DNA from: an uncultured Muribaculaceae bacterium
Lineage (GTDB): Bacteria > Bacteroidota > Bacteroidia > Bacteroidales > Muribaculaceae
NCBI GenBank assembly: GCA_964628905.1
Contig: CAZVNS010000002.1
Coordinates: 25,767 to 89,766, forward strand
Reading direction: 5' to 3'
Length of the DNA stretch: 64,000 nt
Positions within the stretch are counted from its first letter, which is position 1, and each line of letters begins with the position of its first letter. Below, piece by piece: positions 40,002-48,040 of this stretch. Below the pieces are notes generated by a model. It ran no database searches, was not told the DNA's origin, and saw only the letters and a program-made list of their open reading frames with translations. Made by a program: the position numbers and the translations under genes.

Positions 40002-40054
40002 AACCGTTTCCTACATTTAATTGTTGTAAACTTATATTTAATACCTAATACATC

Positions 40055-40930
40055 ATGAACAAAAAAGTTATAGCTCCCTCCGAACTGATCATCAACGCCG
40101 ACGGATCAGTATTCCACCTCCACCTGCTCCCCGAGCAACTCATCGACCGCATCATACTCGTGGGCGATCCCGGCCGCGTCAACATGGTGGCCGAACACTT
40201 CGACACTCGCACCTTCGAAGTGCAGTCGCGCGAATTCCACACCATCGGTGGCACCTACAAGGGAAAGCCTATCATGTGCCTCAGCCACGGCATAGGTCCC
40301 GACAATATCGACATCGTAATCAACGAGCTCGATGCCCTGGCCAATATCGACTTCGCAACCCGCGAGGTGCGCGACCAGCATCGTCAGCTATCGATGGTGC
40401 GCATCGGCACCTCGGGCGCCCTTCAGCCCGAACTCATACTCGGCACACCCGTGATCGCCGAGAAGGCCATCGGCTTCGACGGCGTGCTCAACTACTATGC
40501 CGGACGCAACGAAGTGGCCGATCTCGACTTCGAGCATGCGCTGTGTGAGCACACCGACTGGAACCCCCTGTGGGCCAAGCCCTACGTGGTAAATGCACAC
40601 TCCGAACTCGTCGACCAGATAGGTCGCGACGACATGGTGCGCGGCAACACCATCTCAGCCGTCGGCTTCTACGGTCCGCAGGGACGCGAGCTGCGACTCC
40701 CCCTGTCCAACCCCGACCTCAACCGCCGTATCGAGGAGTTTGAGTTCCGCGGCCGCCGTATCACCAACTACGAGATGGAGTCGGCGCCCCTCCAGGGACT
40801 TAGCGCGCTCTTGGGCCACCGCGCCATGACCGTATGCTCAATCATCGCCAACCGCATGCGCCACGACGTAACCCCCAACTACAAGACCGCCATGCGCGAC
40901 CTCATCGCCACCGTCCTCGACCGCCTCTAA
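40055..40930 (+). CDS. nucleoside phosphorylase (PNP/UDP_1 family, uridine phosphorylase-like)
   Basis: ILVGDPGRV, RIGTSGAL and EMESAPL motifs, 291 aa. Confidence 0.7.
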   Translation: MNKKVIAPSELIINADGSVFHLHLLPEQLIDRIILVGDPGRVNMVAEHFDTRTFEVQSREFHTIGGTYKGKPIMCLSHGIGPDNIDIVINELDALANIDFATREVRDQHRQLSMVRIGTSGALQPELILGTPVIAEKAIGFDGVLNYYAGRNEVADLDFEHALCEHTDWNPLWAKPYVVNAHSELVDQIGRDDMVRGNTISAVGFYGPQGRELRLPLSNPDLNRRIEEFEFRGRRITNYEMESAPLQGLSALLGHRAMTVCSIIANRMRHDVTPNYKTAMRDLIATVLDRL

Positions 40931-40937
40931 CCATCCG

Positions 40938-40973
40938 CTCTGACCTGTCTGACCTGTCCGACAGGTCGGAGAT
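40938..40973. repeat. short 9-bp array (CTCTGACCT GTCTGACCT GTCCGACAG GTCGGAGAT) in a 3' UTR
   Basis: Four units in 9-bp register, starting 8 nt after the stop codon and ending 10 nt before the terminator hairpin. The unit type matches that at 33288-33377. Confidence 0.65.
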
Positions 40974-40983
40974 TGAATAAAAT

Positions 40984-41018
40984 AGCTGAGGCTCCTCGCA
41001 GTGCGGGGAGCCTCAGCT
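40984..41018. terminator. bidirectional terminator between the phosphorylase gene and tRNA-Cys
   Basis: AGCTGAGGCTCC/GGAGCCTCAGCT 12-bp stem. On the minus strand it is followed by ATTTTATTC. Confidence 0.75.
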
Positions 41019-41023
41019 TGTTG

Positions 41024-41094
41024 AGGTACCAAGCAGAATCGAACTGCTGTAAACGGTTTTGCAGACCGGTGCCTAACCACTCGGCCATGGTACC
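41024..41094 (-). tRNA. tRNA-Cys (anticodon GCA)
   Basis: Manual cloverleaf: acceptor GGTACCA/TGGTACC, 3-bp D stem GCC/GGC, anticodon loop CTGCAAA, T arm AGCAG-TTCGATT-CTGCT, and discriminator U73 as expected for Cys. Confidence 0.8.
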
Positions 41095-41112
41095 CTGAGT
41101 TGGTTTCGGGTG

Positions 41113-41120
41113 CAAAGGTA
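41113..41120 (-). promoter_or_regulatory. candidate -7 promoter box TACCTTTG for tRNA-Cys
   Basis: Exact TAnnTTTG match on the minus strand, 19 nt upstream of the tRNA 5' end. Confidence 0.5.
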
Positions 41121-41152
41121 ATGCTTTTGTCTGAATTGCGCAACACCCCCGG

Positions 41153-41178
41153 CGATTTTTTTGCGAAAAAATCGCCTG
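41153..41178. terminator. A/T-containing hairpin GGCGATTTTTT-tgcg-AAAAAATCGCC
   Basis: Perfect 11-bp stem, symmetric, lying between fabF and the tRNA-Cys promoter. Confidence 0.6.
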
Positions 41179-41206
41179 TTAGTACAGAAAAGTGGGAAAT
41201 CCCTCA

Positions 41207-41332
41207 ACGAGTAGGGTCGCTCCCCGGAGCGTACGCATTATAATCCCCATATAATCAAGCGGCTGCATCGGTGGGATGCAGCCGCTTTGTGTGGTGTATG
41301 TCGCGGACGCTCCGGGGAGCGACCCTACTCGT
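41207..41332. repeat. MITE-like composite palindrome: 30-bp terminal inverted repeats of the REP-like element around an inner 13-bp hairpin
   Basis: Left arm ACGAGTAGGGTCGCTCCCCGGAGCGTACGC (41207-36). Right arm GCGGACGCTCCGGGGAGCGACCCTACTCGT (41303-32). The arms match at 29/30 positions. The inner hairpin AAGCGGCTGCATC/GATGCAGCCGCTT lies at 41257-87. Confidence 0.7.
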
Positions 41333-41373
41333 CAGTGGTGTTGTTACTGCGAAAAACGTTGCAGGTCAGAGGA

Positions 41374-42639
41374 TTATTCCTCGTATTTCTTGAGGATGAT
41401 GGTGGCGTTGTGGCCTCCGAAGCCGAACGAGTTGCTCAGTGCGGCGCGCACGGGGCGGTTCTGGGCTTTGTTGAAGGTGAAGTTGAGGGTGTAGTCGATT
41501 TCCTCATCTTCGTCTCCTTCCTCGTGGTTGATGGTGGGGGGCACTACGTCGTCGGTGATCGCTTTGACGCAGAACATTGCCTCCATGGCTCCGGTAGCAC
41601 CCAGCAGGTGGCCGGTCATCGACTTTGTGGAGCTGATGTTGAGGTCCTTGGCAGAGTCGCCGAATACTTCAACGATGGCTTTTACCTCGGAGATGTCGCC
41701 AACGGGGGTTGATGTGCCGTGAACGTTGATGTAGTCAATATCCTCGGGCTTCATGTGGGCGTCGTCGAGGGCGTTGCGCATTGCCAGGATGGCGCCTAAG
41801 CCTTCGGGGTGAGTTGCGGTGAGGTGGTAAGCGTCGGCCGACATGCCGCCACCTGCTACCTCGGCGTAGATCTTGGCGCCGCGGGCTTTGGCGTGCTCGA
41901 GCTCCTCAAGGATGAGCACTGCTGAGCCTTCGCCGATCACGAAGCCGTCGCGGCTCTTGCTGAAGGGGCGAGAGGCTGTCTCGGGAGAGTCGTTGCGGGT
42001 CGACAGGGCGTGCATTGAGTTGAAGCCACCGACACCTGCGGGGAATACTGCTGCCTCGGCTCCACCGGTCACCATCACGTCGGCTCGGCCCATGCGGATG
42101 ATATCGAAGGCTGAGATGATGGCGTTGTTGGATGATGCGCAGGCTGATACGGTGCCGTAGTTGGGTCCGTGGTAGCCATACTGCATCGAGATGTGGCCCG
42201 ATGCGATGTCGGCGATCATCTTGGGGATGAAGAAGGGGTTGTATTTGGGGCCTTTGTCGGCGTTCATGGCATAGTATCCGGCCTCTTCCTCAAAGGTGTG
42301 GAGGCCGCCGATACCGGCGGCTACGATTACGCCGACGCGGCTTTTGTCGAGATTGGGGTCGTCCTCAAGGCCGGAGTCTTTGACGGCCTGGTCGGCTGCG
42401 ACCATGGCGTACTGGGCGTAGAGGTCGAGCTGGCGCACTTTCTTGCGGTCGAAGTGGTCAGCTGAGTTGAAGCCCTTGACTTCGCAGGCGAACTGGGTCT
42501 TAAACAGCGAAGCATCAAAGTGGGTGATAGGGCCTGCGCCGCTGACACCGGCTACACAGTTGGCCCACGCTGTCTCCACGTCGTTGCCGATGGGAGTGAT
42601 GGCGCCAAGTCCGGTGACTACTACTCGTTTAAGTTCCAT
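41374..42639 (-). CDS. fabF: beta-ketoacyl-ACP synthase II
   Basis: Active-site Cys context GTVSACASSNNAI, HGTSTPVGD and GHLLGATGAMEA, 421 aa. Confidence 0.95.
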   Translation of the reverse strand: MELKRVVVTGLGAITPIGNDVETAWANCVAGVSGAGPITHFDASLFKTQFACEVKGFNSADHFDRKKVRQLDLYAQYAMVAADQAVKDSGLEDDPNLDKSRVGVIVAAGIGGLHTFEEEAGYYAMNADKGPKYNPFFIPKMIADIASGHISMQYGYHGPNYGTVSACASSNNAIISAFDIIRMGRADVMVTGGAEAAVFPAGVGGFNSMHALSTRNDSPETASRPFSKSRDGFVIGEGSAVLILEELEHAKARGAKIYAEVAGGGMSADAYHLTATHPEGLGAILAMRNALDDAHMKPEDIDYINVHGTSTPVGDISEVKAIVEVFGDSAKDLNISSTKSMTGHLLGATGAMEAMFCVKAITDDVVPPTINHEEGDEDEEIDYTLNFTFNKAQNRPVRAALSNSFGFGGHNATIILKKYEE

Positions 42640-42665
42640 GTATGTGGTTTGAAAAATTGGTTTAT

Positions 42666-42734
42666 AAAAAGAAAAAATCCTCTGCTCTGACAGCAGTGGC
42701 GCAAATGTGAGGCCGTCGGCTGTTTAGAGCAGAG
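42666..42734 (-). terminator. intrinsic terminator or attenuator between acpP and fabF
   Basis: Long imperfect stem CTCTGCTCTAAACAGC/GCTGTCAGAGCAGAG, followed on the minus strand by GATTTTTTCTTTTT. Confidence 0.75.
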
Positions 42735-42751
42735 AAAAATGGGATGTCAAA

Positions 42752-42991
42752 TTATTTGTTGAGCTCAGCCTCGATGTATGAGATGGCTTCGCCAACGTTG
42801 GTGATGTGTTCAGCCTTGTCATCGGGGATGGTGATGCCGAATTCCTTCTCGAACTCCATGATGAGCTCTACGGTGTCGAGGCTATCAGCGCCGAGGTCTG
42901 ATACGAAGCCTGCGGTTTCTGTTACTTGGTTCTCGTCAACACCGAGTTTGTCCACGATGATAGCATTTACACGTGATGCGATTTCTGACAT
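42752..42991 (-). CDS. acpP: acyl carrier protein
   Basis: [16 protein letters not shown] phosphopantetheine attachment motif, 79 aa. Confidence 0.95.
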   Translation of the reverse strand: MSEIASRVNAIIVDKLGVDENQVTETAGFVSDLGADSLDTVELIMEFEKEFGITIPDDKAEHITNVGEAISYIEAELNK

Positions 42992-43205
42992 GATAATAAT
43001 TTTTTAGATTGTTTTAAATTTTTTTTTCAGTTTTACGGGTGCAAAGTAAATGATAATTATTGAATTAGTAAAATATTTGAGTGTGAATATTACTGAACAG
43101 GGCTTGCTATGTGCCTAAAATCCACTGAAAATCACATTATAACGGAAATTTTTCCGTAATCTTAATGTTACAATTGCGTTACAATAATTATTCTATTTTA
43201 CTTAT

Positions 43206-43982
43206 TTAGAGTTCGATTTGTCGGTTGGCGTAGGGGTAGTATTGGTAGGTGACTTGGTGGAGGAAGAGGGGGTGTGGGGGCATCGAGGTGCCGGCGGCGC
43301 GGCGGTCGCGGCGGTCGATGATCAGGCGGAAGTCGTCGATCGGCAGTTTGCCGCGCCCTACGTCGACCAGGGTGCCGACCACGGCGCGCACCATGTTGCG
43401 CAGGAAGCGGTCGGCGGTGATCACGAACACCCACCGCGAGCGGTCGTCGTTCAAGGGCAGCCATTCGGCTTGGATGACGCGGCAGATGTTGGTCCGGGTG
43501 TCGGAGTGGAGCTTGGTGAACGAGGTGAAGTCGTCGACCTGGAGCAGCAGCCGGGCGGCGCGGTTCATGGCGTCGAAGTCGAGTGCCGCGGGCGCCTGCC
43601 AGCTGAGGGTGTCGATAAATGGGTTTTTGCCGATGTGGGCGAAGTAGTGGTAGGTGCGCGATGTGGCGTCGAAGCGGGCGTGGGCGTCGGGGTGCACTTC
43701 GGTGATGTCCTCGATGGCTATCGAACGGCCTACGAGCGAGTTGAGGGAGCGGATGAGTTGCGCAGTGTCGGTGATAGGTTCGGCGGTGTCGAGGTGGGCT
43801 ACCATCATCGAGGCGTTGACTCCGGCGTCGGTGCGTCCGGCTCCTACGATGGGGGTTGGGGTGCGCAGGATGGTCGACAGCGCGTCTTCGATAGTCGACT
43901 GCACGCTCACGCCGTTGGGCTGACGCTGCCAGCCGTGGTATGGGGCGCCGAGGTAGCTCAGGCGCATGAAGTAGCGGGCCAT
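43206..43982 (-). CDS. truA: tRNA pseudouridine(38-40) synthase
   Basis: YLGAPYHGWQRQPN and GAGRTDAGVNA (catalytic Asp). Its start overlaps the speA stop (TGATG). Confidence 0.9.
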   Translation of the reverse strand: MARYFMRLSYLGAPYHGWQRQPNGVSVQSTIEDALSTILRTPTPIVGAGRTDAGVNASMMVAHLDTAEPITDTAQLIRSLNSLVGRSIAIEDITEVHPDAHARFDATSRTYHYFAHIGKNPFIDTLSWQAPAALDFDAMNRAARLLLQVDDFTSFTKLHSDTRTNICRVIQAEWLPLNDDRSRWVFVITADRFLRNMVRAVVGTLVDVGRGKLPIDDFRLIIDRRDRRAAGTSMPPHPLFLHQVTYQYYPYANRQIEL

Positions 43983-45880
43983 CAGTCGCGTTCGAGGTAA
44001 GTGTAGCCGTAGAGGCCTGAGCGGTAGTTGCTGAGAAATTCGTGTCCCTCCTCAGGTGTAATCTTGCCGGCCTTCATTGAAGCTGTAACCCAGGTTTCGA
44101 CGTTGCGTACCAGGCGTTTGGGGTTGTATTGTACGTAGTCGAGCACTTCGGCCACGGTTTCGCCGTCGATTATGCGGTCGATCTCGTAGCGGTCCTTGTA
44201 GACGGAGATGTGCACGGCGTTGGTGTCGCCGAAGAGGTTGTGCATATCGCCGAGGATCTCCTGGTATGCGCCGACGAGGAATACACCTAAATAATATGGC
44301 TCGCCGGGCTTCAGGGGGTGCACCGGCAGTGAGTGCGTCATGCCGTGGTCGGAGATGAAGATGGTGATCTTGCCGTCGGAGTCGCAGGTCATGTCCTGGA
44401 TTGAGGCGGTGCGTGTGGGCTTCTCATCGAGGCGCGACAGGGGCACAATGGGGAACACCTGGTCGATGGCCCATGAGTCGGTGAGCGACTGGAACAGGGA
44501 GAAGTTGCAGAAATATTTGTCGGGGATCGCCTTGGCTATTTTGCGCAGCTCCTCGGGGGCGTGCTTCATTGTGGCGGCCATCTCGCCCACCTCGCGGGCG
44601 ATTGACCAGAAGAGCTTCTCGATTATGGCGCGGGTGCGCAGGTCGAGCATGCCTAAGGAGAAGAGGTCGAGGGCTTCCTCGCGGATCTGCTGGGCGTCGT
44701 GCCAGGCTTCGAAGAGCCCTGATTGCGAAAGCTGGTCCCAGATCTGGTATAGCTCTCTGGCGAGTTCGTGCTCGTTGATACCCACTTCCTCGGAGTCCTT
44801 CCACACTGGGAGTGAAGTGGTTTCGAACACCTCCATCACCAGCACTGAGTGGTGGGCGGTGAGCGATCGGCCACTCTCGGTGATGATGTTGGGCTGCTTG
44901 AGGTCGTTCTTGACGCAGGCGTCGACGATGGCCGACACGGCGTCGTTGGCGTATTCCTGGATGGAGTAGTTCATCGAGCTTTCGGAGGCTGCGTTGCGGG
45001 TGCCGTCGTAGTCCACGCCGAGTCCACCGCCGATGTCGACGAAGTCGATGTTGTAACCCAACTTGGTGAGCTGTACGTAGAATTGGGTGGCTTCGCGCAG
45101 GGCGTTCTTGATGCGGCGTATCTTGGTGATTTGCGAGCCGATGTGGAAGTGAATGAGTTTCAGGCAGTCGCGCATTCCGCGGCGGTCGAGTATCTCGAGG
45201 GCGTCGAGCAGCTCTGAGGAGTTGAGGCCGAACTTCGATGAGTCGCCGCCCGACTCCTCCCATTTGCCTGAGCCTGAGCTTGACAGCTTGATGCGTATGC
45301 CGATGTTGGGGAGCAGGTCAAGGCGCTTGGCGATGTCGGCTATGAGCTTGATTTCGTTGATTTTCTCCACCACCACGAATATGCGGCGTCCCATCTTCTG
45401 AGCCAGCAGCGCCAGCTCGATGTACTTCTCATCCTTGTAGCCGTTGCAGATTATCAGTGCGTCGTCGGCGATGTTGGTGGCGAGCACGGCGTGGAGCTCG
45501 GGCTTTGAGCCGGCCTCGAGGCCGATGTCGAATTTCTTGCCGTGGCTCACGATCTCCTCCACCACCTCCTTTATCTGGTTGACCTTGATGGGGTAGATGA
45601 TGTAGTTTTGAGCCTGATAGCCGTATTGCTCGGCGGCGCGCTTGAAGCAGTTTGAGATTTTCTCCACACGGGTGTCGAGGATGTCGGGGAAGCGCAGTAG
45701 CACCGGGGCTGTGACGTCGCGCACTTGCAGCTCATCCATCACCTCCTTGAGGTCGACCGAGGCATAGCCCTCCTTGGGCGTTACGATGACACGACCTTTG
45801 TCGTTGATAGAGAAGTAATTGCGGCCCCAGCCGTTGATGTTGTACAGCTCAGCGCTGTCATCGATACGCCATTTACGCAT
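43982..45880 (-). CDS. speA: biosynthetic arginine decarboxylase
   Basis: MRKWRIDDSAELYNINGWG.. N-terminus, PLP-binding YPIKVNQ, and GGGLGVDYDG, 632 aa. Confidence 0.9.
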   Translation of the reverse strand: MRKWRIDDSAELYNINGWGRNYFSINDKGRVIVTPKEGYASVDLKEVMDELQVRDVTAPVLLRFPDILDTRVEKISNCFKRAAEQYGYQAQNYIIYPIKVNQIKEVVEEIVSHGKKFDIGLEAGSKPELHAVLATNIADDALIICNGYKDEKYIELALLAQKMGRRIFVVVEKINEIKLIADIAKRLDLLPNIGIRIKLSSSGSGKWEESGGDSSKFGLNSSELLDALEILDRRGMRDCLKLIHFHIGSQITKIRRIKNALREATQFYVQLTKLGYNIDFVDIGGGLGVDYDGTRNAASESSMNYSIQEYANDAVSAIVDACVKNDLKQPNIITESGRSLTAHHSVLVMEVFETTSLPVWKDSEEVGINEHELARELYQIWDQLSQSGLFEAWHDAQQIREEALDLFSLGMLDLRTRAIIEKLFWSIAREVGEMAATMKHAPEELRKIAKAIPDKYFCNFSLFQSLTDSWAIDQVFPIVPLSRLDEKPTRTASIQDMTCDSDGKITIFISDHGMTHSLPVHPLKPGEPYYLGVFLVGAYQEILGDMHNLFGDTNAVHISVYKDRYEIDRIIDGETVAEVLDYVQYNPKRLVRNVETWVTASMKAGKITPEEGHEFLSNYRSGLYGYTYLERD

Positions 45881-45901
45881 GGTAGAGAATTTAAGAAGGT
45901 G

Positions 45902-46432
45902 TTAACGGTATTGAGGATTTTTTATTACGCGGTATTCGCCGGCCGTGCCGGGCACTACGTCGTAGACTGCGAGCTGGTAGCCTCGCTCGGCGGCCGGGCC
46001 TGATATGGGGTAGCCGTAGTTGAGTGTGCACACCTCGTACTCGCTGCCGCACACGGGGCAACGGGCGATGTGGGTCACGGGGTCAATCTGTATGCGCACG
46101 TTGTTTTTGCACTCCACGGGGCATGCCAGGTCGTAGGCCACGGGGTTGCCCATGTAGTCGGAGCAGAGCAGCACGCCGCCAAACCCGGTGAATGTGAGCT
46201 GGGTATAGGGATATCCGGCGGGCTTGCGTTCACCCTTGATGAAATATTGGTATTCGTAAGCTCCCTTGACGCCGTAGGTCTCCCAGTCGCCCTGGGTGGT
46301 GAACGGCACGCGCACATCGACCACCGGTATGCGGTCGTTGTCGAGGTGGTCGCACCCGCCCATCATTAGACCCGATATAGCTACGATCGTAAGGATCAAT
46401 GACTTGAATATGCCGTGTGAGGTGCTGCGCAT
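45902..46432 (-). CDS. hypothetical lipoprotein with a CPVEC...CPVCG four-Cys motif
   Basis: Signal peptide with lipobox MMGGC. The C-terminal half carries two CxxC-like pairs. No family was recognised. Confidence 0.5.
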   Translation of the reverse strand: MRSTSHGIFKSLILTIVAISGLMMGGCDHLDNDRIPVVDVRVPFTTQGDWETYGVKGAYEYQYFIKGERKPAGYPYTQLTFTGFGGVLLCSDYMGNPVAYDLACPVECKNNVRIQIDPVTHIARCPVCGSEYEVCTLNYGYPISGPAAERGYQLAVYDVVPGTAGEYRVIKNPQYR

Positions 46433-46849
46433 TTATGAGAGTTGGGTCATCAGTTGGCCGAATTTATCGGCTGCTTCTTGGATCTTGCCTCCTACGAGGG
46501 GGCGGAGCAAGGCGGGTATCTCCACGTCGATAGCTGCGGTGACTTCGGTCGACTCGGGGTCTACCTCCTTGAGGTTGATGCTCATCTGCAGGGGCAGGGG
46601 TGAAGATACTGCGGTGAAGGCTACATGGTTGGAAGCCTGACGGTCAGTGACTTGGAATTTAAGCTCACCCACTTGCGGGGTGATGATCGACATGGTGTCG
46701 GGGGTGAAGTGGACTTCGCCGATGCGTGCCAGTTGCTCCTCGGGGAGCTGCTGGATCTTGCGCTCGAGGTTGGTCAGGTCGCTAAACCGATCAAAGAGCT
46801 GGTCGATGGGGGTGGCGACTACGGTGGGCTTGCTTGAATATGTTGACAT
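46433..46849 (-). CDS. hypothetical protein, possibly SRPBCC-fold
   Basis: 138-aa ORF with good coding character. Its stop codon directly abuts the start codon of the downstream lipoprotein gene (45902-46432). The fold assignment is only an impression from size and pattern. Confidence 0.4.
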   Translation of the reverse strand: MSTYSSKPTVVATPIDQLFDRFSDLTNLERKIQQLPEEQLARIGEVHFTPDTMSIITPQVGELKFQVTDRQASNHVAFTAVSSPLPLQMSINLKEVDPESTEVTAAIDVEIPALLRPLVGGKIQEAADKFGQLMTQLS

Positions 46850-46870
46850 TATCTTTGATACTCGTTATAA

Positions 46871-46923
46871 TAAGGTCGTTAGGGACTTTAAGGTCGTAAA
46901 GACTCTAAGGACTTTAAAAAATT
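46871..46923. repeat. 9-bp TAAGGTCGT/TAAGGACTT array in the pyrE-downstream intercistronic gap
   Basis: Units TAAGGTCGT, TAGGGACTT, TAAGGTCGT, AAAGACTC, TAAGGACTT and TAAAAAATT. They fill most of the 84-nt gap between the pyrE stop (46934) and the next start (46849). Confidence 0.75.
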
Positions 46924-46933
46924 TTAATCCTAC

Positions 46934-47590
46934 TTAAAGGTCTGCGGGGTTGTCGGTTGCGGGTTTCCAGTTTGCGGGGTCCTTGCGCCACTCGCGCAAG
47001 GTGGCTATGTATGCGGGTGTGATGTAGTTGATGTTGACGGCGGCGTCGAGCATCGCGTTGTAGTTGCTCAGTGCCACGAGCTTCACGCCGGCTTTGGCTA
47101 AAGCATCCTCGGCCTGGGGGAAGAGGTAGGTGAAAATCGCTGCCATGCCCACTACTTTGCAACCTGCCATGCGCACAGCCTCGACTGCCTTGAGCGAAGA
47201 GGAACCGGTGGAGATGAGGTCCTCAATCACCACTACGCGCTGGCCGGGCTTGAGGTTACCCTCGATGAGGTTTTCCAGGCCATGATCCTTGGGGGTCGAG
47301 CGCACGTAAGCGTAGGGAAGGCCAAGCTCGTCGGCTACGAGCGCTCCCTGGGCGATAGCTCCCGTGGCCACGCCGGCGATGGCGTCAACATCGGTGAAGT
47401 TCTCCATGATCAGGCGGCAGAGCTCCACTTTGATGAAGGTGCGCACGTCGGGGTACGAGAGAGTCTTGCGATTGTCGGTGTATATGGGTGAATTCCAACC
47501 TGATGCCCAAGTGAATGGGTTGGCGGGCTGGAGCTTGATAGCGGTGATTTTCAGCAGTTTTTCGGCGAGGAGAGTGGCAATATCTTTCAT
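46934..47590 (-). CDS. pyrE: orotate phosphoribosyltransferase
   Basis: PRPP-binding motif VVVIEDLISTGSSS, 218 aa. Confidence 0.9.
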   Translation of the reverse strand: MKDIATLLAEKLLKITAIKLQPANPFTWASGWNSPIYTDNRKTLSYPDVRTFIKVELCRLIMENFTDVDAIAGVATGAIAQGALVADELGLPYAYVRSTPKDHGLENLIEGNLKPGQRVVVIEDLISTGSSSLKAVEAVRMAGCKVVGMAAIFTYLFPQAEDALAKAGVKLVALSNYNAMLDAAVNINYITPAYIATLREWRKDPANWKPATDNPADL

Positions 47591-47725
47591 ATAGTACTTG
47601 GTGTTGGTGAATTTTTACGCGAAGATAGTGAAAAAATCAAGGCAAATCGCGCTTTATGTTGAGAATGTGACACAAATATCACACAAATAGTAAGAACAAA
47701 CCTTGGTGCGACCGCCTGATTTTCG

Positions 47726-48040
47726 TTAGTCGAGGATATCGGCGGCGAGGGTTGAGTCGTTGGCGCGTATATGCTCCTCGAAGGCTTGGATATAGTCGTC
47801 GGCTGAGTAGTTGAGCCCCTCCTGGCGGAGTTTGGTTTCGTAGGAGCGCGTCTCGAGGATGATGCGGCGCATGGCGGTGGTGTCGGGGTCGGCCTCGATG
47901 AGCAGGGCTGCATGCTGGCGGCCATAACGCTGTGCCACGGTATCGACCTCGGGGTCGGCCGAGGAGTCCCCTTTTTTGCCTCCTCCGCAAGCGGTGAGGG
48001 TGAGCGTGGCGGCTATTGATATGAATATTAGGTGCTTCAT
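47726..48040 (-). CDS. small hypothetical lipoprotein
   Basis: MKHLIFISIAATLTLTACGGGKKGD lipoprotein signal from ATG 48040, which overlaps the ispH stop (ATGA). Confidence 0.45.
   Translation of the reverse strand: MKHLIFISIAATLTLTACGGGKKGDSSADPEVDTVAQRYGRQHAALLIEADPDTTAMRRIILETRSYETKLRQEGLNYSADDYIQAFEEHIRANDSTLAADILD

Noticed and set aside
43160-43185. Direct repeat GTTACAAT-tgc-GTTACAAT and the nearby ACGGAAA/TTTCCGT hairpin in the truA-acpP spacer.
   Set aside because: These are short AT-rich motifs in an AT-rich promoter region. The hairpin may be the truA terminator, but the support is weak and nothing is distinctive.
43218-44000. 260-aa plus-strand ORF covering the truA region, plus similar long shadow ORFs (33969-34736 minus, 44424-45263 minus, 22629-23303 minus, 63126-63614 minus, 9504-9989 minus).
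   Set aside because: All lie antisense to, or out of frame within, genes that carry clear family motifs. Their products are R/P/G/H/A-rich low-complexity strings, as expected from GC-rich sequence. No independent start or promoter context is visible.
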